From contig DASVCL010000069.1 in NCBI GenBank assembly GCA_036381615.1, positions 8,154 to 72,153 of the forward strand: DNA of 64,000 nucleotides, read 5' to 3'. Shown here piece by piece: positions 52,482-62,049 of this stretch. Within the stretch, counting starts at the first letter, position 1. Every line of letters starts with the position of its first letter. Origin of the DNA: Alphaproteobacteria bacterium. GTDB taxonomy: Bacteria > Pseudomonadota > Alphaproteobacteria > CACIAM-22H2. The notes below the pieces were generated by a model. It did no database searches. It was not told the DNA's origin and worked only from the letters and a program-made list of their open reading frames with translations. Both the position numbers and the translations under genes were made by a program.

Positions 52482-53753
52482 TTACGCCGGAGGCAGAACG
52501 AGAATCGCCCTGAAGTCGTTCACGTTGGTCAGCGTCGGTCCGGTAATGACGAGGTCGTCCAGCCGCGAAAAGAACGTATAGGCGTCGTTGTCGGCGAGCA
52601 TGGCACGGGCGTCGAGCCCGGCTGCGCGGGCGCGTGCGAGACTGTCGGGGCCGGTCAGCGCACCCGCATTGTCCTCGGTGCCGTCGATGCCGTCGGTATC
52701 GCCGGCAAGCGCATGGATGCTCGCCGCGCCGTCGAGTGCGACCGTCAGGCCCAGCAGGTACTCGACGTTGCGGCCGCCGCGGCCTTTACCCCGCACGGTG
52801 ACCGTCGTTTCGCCCCCCGACAGGATCACGGCTGGTGGCGTCACGGCGCCGCGCCCCGCCGCGATCTCGCGCGCAAGGCGCGCCTGATCCTGGCCGACGA
52901 TCCGCGCCTCGCCCTCGATCGCATCGCCCAAAATCAGTGGCGTCACGCCGGCAGCGCGGGCAAGGTCCGCGGCCGCCGCGAGCGATGCCTTGGGGCTGGC
53001 GATCATCCGGTATTCGGCTGTCGCCAGGCGCGGATCGCCCGGCTTCAGCGACTCGGCGTCCGGTCGGGCGAGATGTGCGGCGATCGCCGGCGACGGCACG
53101 ATGCCGTATTTCGCCAGCACGGAAGCCGCGTCCGCGCGGGTCGTCGGATCGGGCACGGTCGGTCCCGAGGCGATCACCGCCGGATCGTCGCCCGGCACGT
53201 CGGAGATTGCCAGGGTCACCACGCGCGCCGGATGGGCTGCCGCGGCCAGCCGTCCGCCATTGATGCGCGACAGATGCTTGCGCACGCAGTTCATGTCGTG
53301 GATGGTCGCGCCGGATTTGAGCAGCGCCGCGGTAAGGGCCTGCATGTCGGCAAGCTCGATCCCCGGCGCGGGCAGCGTGAGCAGCGCCGATCCCCCGCCC
53401 GAGATCAGGCACAGCACGAGATCGTCCGGCGTCAGGCCGGCGACCAAGTCCAGCATGCGGGCCGCAGCCGCGCGACCCTTCTCGTCGGGCACCGGATGCG
53501 CGGCCTCGACGATCTCGATCTCGCGGCACGGCACCGCGTGGCCGTAGCGCGTGACGACCAGCCCTTCGAGCGGCGGCCCGTAGTGTTCTTCGACCGCGCG
53601 CGCCATCGCCGCCGATGCCTTGCCGGCGCCGATGACGAGGATGCGACCGCGGGGCCGCGGCGGCAGCGCCGCCGGCACGCACTGCCTGGGATCGGCTGCC
53701 GCGATCGCGGCCATGAACAGGCGGCGGAGAAACTGGCGCGGGTCTTCGGACAC
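52482..53753 (-). CDS. Glycerate 2-kinase (MOFRL/DUF4147 family)
   Basis: RILVIGAGKASAAMARAVEE and GGETTVTVRGKGRGGRNVEYLL match the MOFRL family. GTG start with a GAGGGAG RBS. The 762-aa track ORF is a run-on into the EamA region. Confidence 0.8.
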   Translation of the reverse strand: MSEDPRQFLRRLFMAAIAAADPRQCVPAALPPRPRGRILVIGAGKASAAMARAVEEHYGPPLEGLVVTRYGHAVPCREIEIVEAAHPVPDEKGRAAAARMLDLVAGLTPDDLVLCLISGGGSALLTLPAPGIELADMQALTAALLKSGATIHDMNCVRKHLSRINGGRLAAAAHPARVVTLAISDVPGDDPAVIASGPTVPDPTTRADAASVLAKYGIVPSPAIAAHLARPDAESLKPGDPRLATAEYRMIASPKASLAAAADLARAAGVTPLILGDAIEGEARIVGQDQARLAREIAAGRGAVTPPAVILSGGETTVTVRGKGRGGRNVEYLLGLTVALDGAASIHALAGDTDGIDGTEDNAGALTGPDSLARARAAGLDARAMLADNDAYTFFSRLDDLVITGPTLTNVNDFRAILVLPPA

Positions 53754-53815
53754 GTCGGACTCCCTCGTTCCGGGGGGCCGACCGTGTCGCGAATTGCCGC
53801 GCCGATCAAGTCCGG

Positions 53816-54730
53816 TCAGCGGCTGGCCAGACGCGCGACGAGGACGCCGAACAACACGATGGCGCCGCCGGCAGCCTGCAGGATGCCGAGCGGTTCGGCG
53901 AGCAGGGCCCAGGCGAGCACTGCGGCCGTCGCCGGTTGCAGCAGCAGCGCCACGGACGAGAACGCCGCCGGCAGATGCGCGAGCGCATAGGCGATCAGGC
54001 TCTGGCCGCCGGCATGGCTGATCCATGCCAGACCGAACAGGATGATCCAGCCGTAGAGCGTCGCGGGCATCAGTCCTTCGCCGGCGAGCAGGGCGACCGG
54101 CAGCAGGACGATGGCTGTCACCACGCCGGTCCACGTCATGATCGTCGCGGTCGAGAAGCGGTTCCGCAGCCGGCTCACGGTCAGCATGTAGCCGGCATAG
54201 AAGACGGCCGTGACGATGCCGAAGCCGTCGCCGACGAGGTGGTCGGTCGAGAGCGACAGCGAGTCGCTCATCAGCAGCGCGGCGCCGGCGATCGCGAGGG
54301 CGAGCCCGACCACGAACATCGGACGGACGCGTTCCCCGAACAGCAGGAAGGCGCCGAGCGTCACGAAGATCGGTGCGAAGTTCGCGAACAGCGTCGCGTT
54401 CGCGACCGTGGTAAGCTTGATCGACCAGTGCCAGAACGTAAGGTCGCCGGCGAAGCACAGGCCGGCGAGCGCGAGCGACCACAACTCGCACGGACTCGCG
54501 CGTCGCGGCGTCGCCGGCGTCCGGCGCTGCTCGGCCATGAGCCAGACCCACAGGGCCGGGACGGCGAGGGCGACGCGGTGGAACGCCGTCGCCGTCGGCC
54601 CGAGCTCCGACAGCCGGACGAAGATCGGCGAGAATGCAATGGCCACGGCACCGGCAAGCAGCGCGATGAGCGCGATGCGCTCGGTACGCGCGACCGCCGC
54701 TGCGGGGATGAGGCTGGTTCGGGCGGACAT
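53816..54730 (-). CDS. DMT superfamily (EamA) transporter
   Basis: Ten TM helices with two EamA repeats. Confidence 0.8.
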   Translation of the reverse strand: MSARTSLIPAAAVARTERIALIALLAGAVAIAFSPIFVRLSELGPTATAFHRVALAVPALWVWLMAEQRRTPATPRRASPCELWSLALAGLCFAGDLTFWHWSIKLTTVANATLFANFAPIFVTLGAFLLFGERVRPMFVVGLALAIAGAALLMSDSLSLSTDHLVGDGFGIVTAVFYAGYMLTVSRLRNRFSTATIMTWTGVVTAIVLLPVALLAGEGLMPATLYGWIILFGLAWISHAGGQSLIAYALAHLPAAFSSVALLLQPATAAVLAWALLAEPLGILQAAGGAIVLFGVLVARLASR

Positions 54731-54872
54731 CGCCGATGCTTATAACGAAGCGCACGGCGCGTTCCAGCAAGGCATGCCCCCCATGCGTGTCGCGCAGCCG
54801 GTGGTCGTCACGATGCCCGCCCGGTGCAGGCGGCCGGACCGATCTTGACTCTCGGGCGGCGTTCGTGCCAAC

Positions 54873-54883
54873 TGGTCAGACCA
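54873..54883. promoter_or_regulatory. Candidate GntR/FadR-type operator (TGGTCAGACCA) overlapping the gntR RBS
   Basis: Perfect palindrome TGGTC-A-GACCA 5 nt upstream of the ATG. It conforms to the t.GT.N.AC.a FadR-subfamily operator logic. Confidence 0.5.
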
Positions 54884-54887
54884 CGGT

Positions 54888-55640
54888 ATGAGCACACCGA
54901 AGCTTGCCCTGATCCGCGATCCGGACGTCGACGCCGGTAACGGCGCCGAACGGGTCTTCACGTTCTTCCGGGACAAGCTGCTCGCCGGCGAGCTGAAGCC
55001 GGGTGACCGGCTGCTCGGCGAACGCGAGATGGCGGCACTTCTCGACGTCAGCCGACCCGTGTTGCGCGAGGCGCTGCGTGCGCTCGCCATGCTGGGGCTG
55101 ATCGATATCCGGCACGGGCGCGGCACATATGTCCGCCAGGCGGATGCCTCGGTGCTCCGACACTTCTTCACCTACGCGCTCGCGCAGCAGCCGGACATTC
55201 TCGAGGATGTGATGCAGGCGCGCATCGCCATCGAGTGTCAGGCGATTCGTCTGGCCTGCGAGCGCGCGACCGAGGCCGACCTCGCCGTGATCCAGGCGAC
55301 GCTCGACGACATCATGGCGACCCTGCGCGACCCGCAGAAGGGCGGCGAGGCCGATTACCGTTTCCATTCCGGAATCGTCCGCGCCAGCCGGAGCAATACG
55401 CTGATCACGATGTACGATGCGATCGCGGAGCTGCTCATGCGCTCCCATGTCGAGCGGCGTCGGACGACCACGCCCATCGAAGGCATCACCGAATATCTGG
55501 TCGAAGCCCATCGCGAGGTTTTCCTGTCGCTCGTGCGCCGCGATCCGGACGACGCCGAAAACCGGCTGCGGGCGCATTTCGCGATTGGCGACGAATTCCG
55601 CCGCAAGGGCATTATCGCCACCTACAGCGGCCGGAGCTGA
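54888..55640 (+). CDS. GntR family transcriptional regulator (FadR subfamily)
   Basis: wHTH (LLGEREMAALLDVSRPVLREALRALAMLGLIDIRHGRGTYV) plus an FCD C-terminal domain. Confidence 0.85.
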   Translation: MSTPKLALIRDPDVDAGNGAERVFTFFRDKLLAGELKPGDRLLGEREMAALLDVSRPVLREALRALAMLGLIDIRHGRGTYVRQADASVLRHFFTYALAQQPDILEDVMQARIAIECQAIRLACERATEADLAVIQATLDDIMATLRDPQKGGEADYRFHSGIVRASRSNTLITMYDAIAELLMRSHVERRRTTTPIEGITEYLVEAHREVFLSLVRRDPDDAENRLRAHFAIGDEFRRKGIIATYSGRS

Positions 55641-55677
55641 GCCCCCAAGAACGACTGCAACAGGAAGGAGACGCAAA

Positions 55678-56676
55678 ATGCAGCTGTGGAGAAAAGCCGC
55701 TCTTGTCGCCGCCGCTGCGGCGCTGATGGCAGCGGCGCCGCTCGGCATCGCCGGCGCCAAGGAACTGCGCTACGCGCATGTGGGCGCGGAAGGCGATATC
55801 CAGACCTGGTATGCCGACGAGGCGGCCAAGGGAATCGACCAGGCCACGAAAGGCGACGTCAAGATCAAGGTCTTTCCTGCGAGCCAGCTCGGCGGCGTGG
55901 CCGAAATGGTCGACGGCGTCCGCATGGGCTCGATCTCGATGGGGCACCACGATTTCGCGTCGCTCGCCCGTTTCGTGCCCGAGGTTGCCGTCTTCAACGC
56001 GCCGTTCATCTACCGCGATGGGGCGCACGCGCTTCGCGCCACGGACCCGAACGCGTCGCCGGCGCTGAAGGAGATCAACGAGCGCCTCGTCAAGGAAGGC
56101 AATGTCCGGATCATCGGCCGCATCTACCGCGGCGCCCGACACATCTCGAGCAAGTTCCCGGTGAAGGCACCGGCCGACCTCAAGGGCAAGCCGTTCCGCG
56201 CCGTACCGCTCGAGCTCTGGGTGTCGATGGTGAAGGGCTTCGGCGCGATCCCGACCCCGGTGGAGGTCGCGGAACTGCCCACGGCGCTGATGTCGGGCCT
56301 CGTCGTCGGGCAGGAGAACCCGCTGACGATGATCAACGCCAACAAGCTCTACGAAGTCCAGTCGCACGTGTCCCTGACCGGCCACATGCAGTCCATTCTC
56401 GCCGTGTTCGTGAACGAGGACGTCTGGAAATCGCTGAGCGAGGATAATCGCAAGGCCATCTCGGCGGTGCTGGACCAGAAGGCGAAGGAGTCGCTGGAGA
56501 AGGCGATCGCCTCCGAGGGCGACCTGATCCGCGAGCTCAAATCCAAAGGCATGACCTTCATCACGCCGGAGACCGGCCTCGACATGGCCGCTTTCAAGAC
56601 CTCGGTCATGGCCCAGGTGAAGAAGGACTTCCCGGCCTGGGACAGCTACATCCAGAAGATCGAGGCGGTCCAATAA
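55678..56676 (+). CDS. dctP: TRAP transporter substrate-binding protein DctP
   Basis: Signal peptide plus DctP family pattern. AGGAAGGAGA RBS. Confidence 0.9.
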   Translation: MQLWRKAALVAAAAALMAAAPLGIAGAKELRYAHVGAEGDIQTWYADEAAKGIDQATKGDVKIKVFPASQLGGVAEMVDGVRMGSISMGHHDFASLARFVPEVAVFNAPFIYRDGAHALRATDPNASPALKEINERLVKEGNVRIIGRIYRGARHISSKFPVKAPADLKGKPFRAVPLELWVSMVKGFGAIPTPVEVAELPTALMSGLVVGQENPLTMINANKLYEVQSHVSLTGHMQSILAVFVNEDVWKSLSEDNRKAISAVLDQKAKESLEKAIASEGDLIRELKSKGMTFITPETGLDMAAFKTSVMAQVKKDFPAWDSYIQKIEAVQ

Positions 56677-56736
56677 GGACGACAGGGGCGGGCCTCGGCC
56701 CGGGGGCCCGCTCGTCTTTCGCGGAAGGTTGTTCCG

Positions 56737-57204
56737 ATGCGCGTGGTGCGGATCGCCCTCACGGTGCTGACCGTCCTCCTGCTGGCGGGCCTGGTGATCG
56801 TGCCGAGCCTGCAGATCGTCATGCGCAGCGTTTTCGGCCTGCCGTTCGTCGGCGCGGAGGAGCTGTCGCGCTTCCTCCTGATCTGCCTCGTCTTCACGGC
56901 CTATCCGCTCGTCATCGCCGCGGGCGAGAACATCGTGATGGGCGAGTTCAAGGCGGCGTTGCCGGCGGCGGTGCGCCGCTGGGTGGATCTCGCGATCTCG
57001 CTGGCCGCGATCGCGACGGCGGTGTTTCTCGTCTACGTGACGTACGACACGATCTTCAAGAACCTGCGGAACGCGACCCCGACCCTGAAGATCCCGTTCT
57101 GGATCTTCTTCGCGGCGACGCTCCTCGGCTTCGCGGGCGCGGCGGCCGTCCACCTAGCGCATCTGCGCCGGCCGCCGCAGAAGGACAAGAACGTCGCGCT
57201 GTAA
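56737..57204 (+). CDS. dctQ: TRAP transporter small permease DctQ
   Basis: 155 aa, 4 TM. Confidence 0.85.
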   Translation: MRVVRIALTVLTVLLLAGLVIVPSLQIVMRSVFGLPFVGAEELSRFLLICLVFTAYPLVIAAGENIVMGEFKAALPAAVRRWVDLAISLAAIATAVFLVYVTYDTIFKNLRNATPTLKIPFWIFFAATLLGFAGAAAVHLAHLRRPPQKDKNVAL

Positions 57205-57222
57205 AGGCTGGCAGGGGGGCAA

Positions 57223-58497
57223 ATGGGTGTTGCACTGATACTCGCCTTCATGGCGCTCTTCCTGGCCGGCGTTCCGGTCGTCTACGCGATTCTGATTCCG
57301 GCGGTCGTCTACGTGGTCGTCGAAGGGCTGCCGTTCGGCCTGCTGACCCAGCGCATCACGTATGCCCTGGACAGTTTTCCGCTGGTTGCGGTGCCCCTGT
57401 TCATTTTCGTCGGCAATCTGATGAACTACGCCGGGGTGACCGACCGGATCTTCCGGTTCGCCAACACCGCGGTCGGCCGCGTCCCTGGCGGGCTCGCCCA
57501 GGTCAACGTCTTCGGCAGCCTCGTGTTCTCGGGCATGTCCGGGTCGGCGCTCGCGGACGTGGGCGGCCTCGGGCGGATCGAGATCGCGGCGATGCGCAAG
57601 GAAGGCTATCCCGTCCCGTTCGCCGCCGCCGTGACCTCCGCGTCGGCGATCGTCGGCCCCATCTTTCCCCCGAGCATCCCCCTCATCGTGTACGGCTCGG
57701 TGACGAGCGTCTCGATCGTGCAGCTGCTCATCGCCGGCATCGTGCCGGCGCTCATCTGCGTGGCGCTGCTGATGGTCACGGTCGCCGTTATCGGCGCGCG
57801 GCGGGGTTATCCCCGGGCGCCGCGGTGGCCCACGCTCCGGGAAGTCTGGCGTGATCTCGTCCCGGCGTCGCCTGCCCTGTTCGCGCCCGTGCTGATGATC
57901 AGCGGCATGATGGCTGGGATCTTCACGCCGACCGAAGCCGCCGCGGTGACCGCCGTCTACGTGATCGCCGTGAGCGCGCTCGTCTACCGCGACCTGACGA
58001 TCGCCCATCTGATCGATGCCGCGATCATGACCGTGCGCAACACCAGCGCCATTCTCATGATCGTGGCGGTCGCGGCACTCTTCGGCTGGATCCTCGCGGT
58101 CGAGCAGATTCCGCAGGAATTCGCGAAGCTCGTCCTCGGCCTGTCCAAGGACCCGCTCGTGCTGCTGCTGATCGTGAACGTCCTGCTGTTCATCGCCGGC
58201 ATGTTCCTCGACAGCACCACGGCGACGCTGCTGATCATCCCGGTCATCGCGCCGCCGATCGTCGCGGCGGGCGTTGATCCGGTTCATCTCGGCATCGTCG
58301 CCATCTTCAACCTGATGATCGGCCTGCTGACGCCCCCGATGGGGCTGTCGCTGTTCCTCATCTGCGACATCGCGCGGATCTCGATGAAGGAGCTGCTGCG
58401 CGCGCTGTGGCCGTTCTATCTGCCGCTGTTCGGCACCCTGGCGATCATCACGCTCGCCGAGGATCTGACGCTTTGGCTGCCACGGATGATCAGATAG
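57223..58497 (+). CDS. dctM: TRAP transporter large permease DctM
   Basis: 424 aa, 12-TM DctM pattern. Confidence 0.9.
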   Translation: MGVALILAFMALFLAGVPVVYAILIPAVVYVVVEGLPFGLLTQRITYALDSFPLVAVPLFIFVGNLMNYAGVTDRIFRFANTAVGRVPGGLAQVNVFGSLVFSGMSGSALADVGGLGRIEIAAMRKEGYPVPFAAAVTSASAIVGPIFPPSIPLIVYGSVTSVSIVQLLIAGIVPALICVALLMVTVAVIGARRGYPRAPRWPTLREVWRDLVPASPALFAPVLMISGMMAGIFTPTEAAAVTAVYVIAVSALVYRDLTIAHLIDAAIMTVRNTSAILMIVAVAALFGWILAVEQIPQEFAKLVLGLSKDPLVLLLIVNVLLFIAGMFLDSTTATLLIIPVIAPPIVAAGVDPVHLGIVAIFNLMIGLLTPPMGLSLFLICDIARISMKELLRALWPFYLPLFGTLAIITLAEDLTLWLPRMIR

Positions 58498-58543
58498 AAA
58501 AACGTATTCGGATTCTGCGGAACGTCCCAAGGAGAACGGATCA

Positions 58544-58990
58544 ATGCGCCTCGTTATCGGATCGGATCATGCCGGCTACATGCTGAAGCCGACCGTGCTC
58601 GCCCTCCTGAAGGAGCTGGGGCATGAGGTGATCGATGTCGGCTCCTATGACGACAAGCCGGTCGACTTCCCCGACATCGCACGCAAGGTCGCGGCGAAGA
58701 TCACCTCGGGCGAGGCGGAGCGAGGCATCATGGTCTGCGGCACCGGGGTCGGCGCCTCGATCGCCGCCAACAAGATGAAGGGCATCCGGGCCGCCGTCTG
58801 CCACGACGTGCATTCGGCGCACCAGTCGGTCGAGCATGACGACGTCAACGTCATGTGCATCGGGGCGCAGATCGTCGGGCCGTGGCTGGCGAAGGACCTG
58901 GTCAAGACCTACCTGTCCGCGACGTTCTCGACCGACGCGGACTTCCGCCGGCGCGTCGCCAAGCTCCATGCGATGGATGCCGAAAACTGA
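58544..58990 (+). CDS. rpiB: RpiB/LacA/LacB family sugar-phosphate isomerase (ribose-5-phosphate isomerase B-like)
   Basis: MRLVIGSDHAGYMLK and GIMVCGTGVGASIAANK. Confidence 0.85.
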   Translation: MRLVIGSDHAGYMLKPTVLALLKELGHEVIDVGSYDDKPVDFPDIARKVAAKITSGEAERGIMVCGTGVGASIAANKMKGIRAAVCHDVHSAHQSVEHDDVNVMCIGAQIVGPWLAKDLVKTYLSATFSTDADFRRRVAKLHAMDAEN

Positions 58991-59050
58991 TCCGGCCACG
59001 GGCAGGCGGTTCGGACGGAACGCGCCGGCGCCGCGGCGGGGACATCTTCC

Positions 59051-59992
59051 GTGATCCTGGTCTTCGGCTCGATCAACATCGACCTCGTCGCCACGGTGCC
59101 GTCCATCCCGCGGCCCGGCGAGACGGTCCTGTCCGCGCGCTACGAGACGACCGCCGGCGGCAAGGGGGCCAATCAGGCCGTTGCGGCCGCCCGCGCCCGC
59201 GCCGATGCGCGCCTGCCGGTCGTGATGGCGGGGGCGGTGGGCGACGACGGATTCGGCGCGTTCGCGCTCGCGAACCTCGCCAAAAACGGCGTCGACACGC
59301 GCGCCGTGCGCAAGGGCGGCGAGCCGACGGGCTGTGCCTTCATCGCCGTGAACCCGCGCGGCGAGAACGCCATCACCGTTGCAAGCGGCGCCAACCGGAC
59401 CGTCCGCGCCGCCGACGTGCCGGACGCGATGCTCGGTCAGGCCCGCGCGGTCGTTCTCCAGATGGAAATTCCGGTCGACGAGAACATCGCACTCGCGCGC
59501 CGTGCGCGCGCCGCGGGCACGCCGGTCATCCTGAACCTGGCGCCGGCCCCGGCCGATCTTTCGCCGGCGCTGCTGGAACGCCTGCTCGCGAGCGTCGACG
59601 TCCTCGTCCTCAACGAGCTCGAGGCCGCCGCCGTTGCCGCGGCCTATGACGGCGTGACGGGGACCGATCCCGGCACCATGGCCCGCGACATCGCCGAACG
59701 GGCGAAATTGACGGCCGTGATCACCCTCGGCGCCGACGGGGCGGTTGCCTCGGTCCACGGCAAGCCGCCGCTTGCGGCAAGGGCGCTGACGATCACGCCC
59801 GTGGATACGACCGGTGCCGGCGACGCCTTCGTCGGCATCATGGCGGCCAAGATCGCCGAGGGAGTCGCGTTCGAACGGTGCCTGCGCTATGCCGCCGTCG
59901 GCGCCTCGCTCGCCTGTCTCGCCCTGGGTGCCCAGGCGAGCCTGCCGTATGCCGCCGACATCGAGAAGGCCCTGGCCGAATCGCCGACGTGA
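59051..59992 (+). CDS. rbsK: Ribokinase (PfkB family)
   Basis: GGKGANQAVAAAR and the DTTGAGDAF anion-hole/catalytic motif. GTG start. Confidence 0.85.
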   Translation: MILVFGSINIDLVATVPSIPRPGETVLSARYETTAGGKGANQAVAAARARADARLPVVMAGAVGDDGFGAFALANLAKNGVDTRAVRKGGEPTGCAFIAVNPRGENAITVASGANRTVRAADVPDAMLGQARAVVLQMEIPVDENIALARRARAAGTPVILNLAPAPADLSPALLERLLASVDVLVLNELEAAAVAAAYDGVTGTDPGTMARDIAERAKLTAVITLGADGAVASVHGKPPLAARALTITPVDTTGAGDAFVGIMAAKIAEGVAFERCLRYAAVGASLACLALGAQASLPYAADIEKALAESPT

Positions 59993-60070
59993 TCCGCATG
60001 CGGCGACGGGCCGCCGCCCGGGTGCATCCGGGCCGCGCTCCGGTTGCAGCACCGACGCCGCGTTTCATGT

Positions 60071-60910
60071 ATGCTCCGCCCCGTCATGCCGCGTTCCCAT
60101 CCCGTACCCGCCGGGCGCGCCCTGCTCGACCCCGGCGATCCGCCCAGCTTCGAGCTGTTCAACGTCGAGTTCCTCGAACGGCCCGGCACCCGGCCGGTGC
60201 TGCTCGTCTGCGACCATGCCGGGCGACAGGTGCCCAGGGCGCTGGGCGATCTCGGTCTCGATCCGACCGTTTATGAACGTCACATCGCCTGGGACATCGG
60301 CGCGGCCGACGTCGCGCGTCATCTTGCCCGGACGTTCGCCGCCCCTCTCGTGCTTGCGACCTACTCGCGGCTGGTCATCGACCTGAACCGCGATCTCGAC
60401 GATCCGACCCTGATCCCCGAGGTCAGCGACGACACGACGGTGCCGGGCAATCTGAACCTTGCGGCGCCCGCACGTGAGGCCCGGATCGAGGCGATCTTCA
60501 GGCCCTATCACGCGGCGATCGACGATGCACTCGCGCGGCTCGGCCGCGGCGGAGTCCCGGCGCTGGTGTCGGTGCATACCTGCACGCCGGTGTTCAAGGG
60601 CTTCGCCCGCCCGTGGCATATCGGCGTCCTGTGGAACCGCGATCCGCGGCTGGCGGTGCCGCTCATCGCGAATCTGCGCCGCCGTGCCGATCTCGTGATC
60701 GGCGACAACCAGCCCTACTCGGGCCGCGACGGACAGGGCTACACGGTCAAGCGCCATGCCGAGGCCAAGGGCCTGCCGCACGTGGCGATCGAGATCCGCC
60801 AGGATCTCGTCGACACGCATCACGGCGCGGCCGAATGGGCCGGCATCCTCGCGGCGGCGCTCGGCCCCCTGCTTGAAGACCCGGCGCTGCATCGCATCGA
60901 GCGCTACTAG
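60071..60910 (+). CDS. N-formylglutamate amidohydrolase family protein
   Basis: VLLVCDHAGRQVP and VSVHTCTPVFKG are FGase-family-like (PF05013-like pattern). Confidence 0.7.
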   Translation: MLRPVMPRSHPVPAGRALLDPGDPPSFELFNVEFLERPGTRPVLLVCDHAGRQVPRALGDLGLDPTVYERHIAWDIGAADVARHLARTFAAPLVLATYSRLVIDLNRDLDDPTLIPEVSDDTTVPGNLNLAAPAREARIEAIFRPYHAAIDDALARLGRGGVPALVSVHTCTPVFKGFARPWHIGVLWNRDPRLAVPLIANLRRRADLVIGDNQPYSGRDGQGYTVKRHAEAKGLPHVAIEIRQDLVDTHHGAAEWAGILAAALGPLLEDPALHRIERY

Positions 60911-60918
60911 GTCCCGCC

Positions 60919-62049
60919 ATGTCCGATCCTTCGTTCACGATCGGCATCGAGGAGGAATACCTGCTCGTCGATCGCGCGACCCGCGACCTCGTGCAGGACG
61001 TCCCGGCCGCCGTGCTCGAGGAATACGAGCGGCGGCTGGAAGGGCAGGTGAGCCCCGAGTTCCTGCGCTCGCAGATCGAGGTGCAGACGCGCGTCTGCCG
61101 GTCGGTCGGCGAGGCGCGCGCCGATCTCGCCCGGCTGCGGCGGACCGTCGCCGAGGTCGCGGAACGTCACGGCCTGGCGGTCATCGCCGCCGCGACCCAC
61201 CCCTTCGCCGACTGGGGCGCGCAGCGCCCGACCATGCGCGAGCGCTACCAGATGCTCGAGCGCGATCTCCAGGGCGTCGGCCGGCGCCTCGTCATTTGCG
61301 GGCTCCACGTCCATGTCGGGATCGAGGACGACGAGCTGCGCATCGACCTGATGAACCAGGCCGGATATTTCCTGCCTCATCTGCTGGCGCTGTCGACGTC
61401 GTCGCCGTTCTGGCGCGGCGAGGATACGGGCCTCAAGAGCTATCGCCTCGCCGTCTTCAACGAGCTGCCGCGCACCGGGCTTCCCGAACATTTCGAGAGC
61501 TACGGCGAGTTCCGGCGGCAGTTGAACCGCCTCGTCGCGGCGGGCCTGATCGAGGATGCGACCAAGCTGTGGTGGGACATCAGGCCGTCCGGCCGTTTCC
61601 CGACGCTCGAGATGCGCATCACCGACGTGCCGACCCGTCTCGACGACACGATCAGCATCGCAGCCCTGTTCCAGTGCATTCTCGGCATGCTGTGGCGGTT
61701 GCGCCGCAACAATCAGCGCTGGCGCATCTATCCGAACATGCTGGTCAATGAGAACCGCTGGCGGGCGCAGCGCTACGGCTTCGATCAGGGCCTCGTCGAC
61801 TTCGGCAAGGGCGAGGTCGTGCCCTATGCGCAGCTCCTGGACGAGATCATCGAGCTGACCGCGCCCGAGGCCGCGCGCTTCGGCTGCGAGGCGGAGGTCG
61901 CGCGGGCGCGCGACATCCTGCGGCGCGGCACCTCGGCCCATCGCCAGCTCGAGGTCTACCGGCACGCCCTCGGCAAGGGCGCCACGAAGGCTGCCGCGCT
62001 CAACGCCGTCATCGACTGGCTGATCGAGGAGACCGTCGCCGAGCTCTGA
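60919..62049 (+). CDS. ybdK: Carboxylate-amine ligase YbdK (GCS2, glutamate-cysteine ligase family 2)
   Basis: FTIGIEEEYLLVD and CGLHVHVGI. Confidence 0.85.
   Translation: MSDPSFTIGIEEEYLLVDRATRDLVQDVPAAVLEEYERRLEGQVSPEFLRSQIEVQTRVCRSVGEARADLARLRRTVAEVAERHGLAVIAAATHPFADWGAQRPTMRERYQMLERDLQGVGRRLVICGLHVHVGIEDDELRIDLMNQAGYFLPHLLALSTSSPFWRGEDTGLKSYRLAVFNELPRTGLPEHFESYGEFRRQLNRLVAAGLIEDATKLWWDIRPSGRFPTLEMRITDVPTRLDDTISIAALFQCILGMLWRLRRNNQRWRIYPNMLVNENRWRAQRYGFDQGLVDFGKGEVVPYAQLLDEIIELTAPEAARFGCEAEVARARDILRRGTSAHRQLEVYRHALGKGATKAAALNAVIDWLIEETVAEL

Noticed and set aside
52482-54770. 762-aa minus-strand ORF.
   Set aside because: It is a run-on. Only the last roughly 423 aa are the glycerate kinase. 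The upstream part overlaps the EamA transporter gene in another frame. A GTG start with a GAGGGAG RBS was chosen at about 53753.
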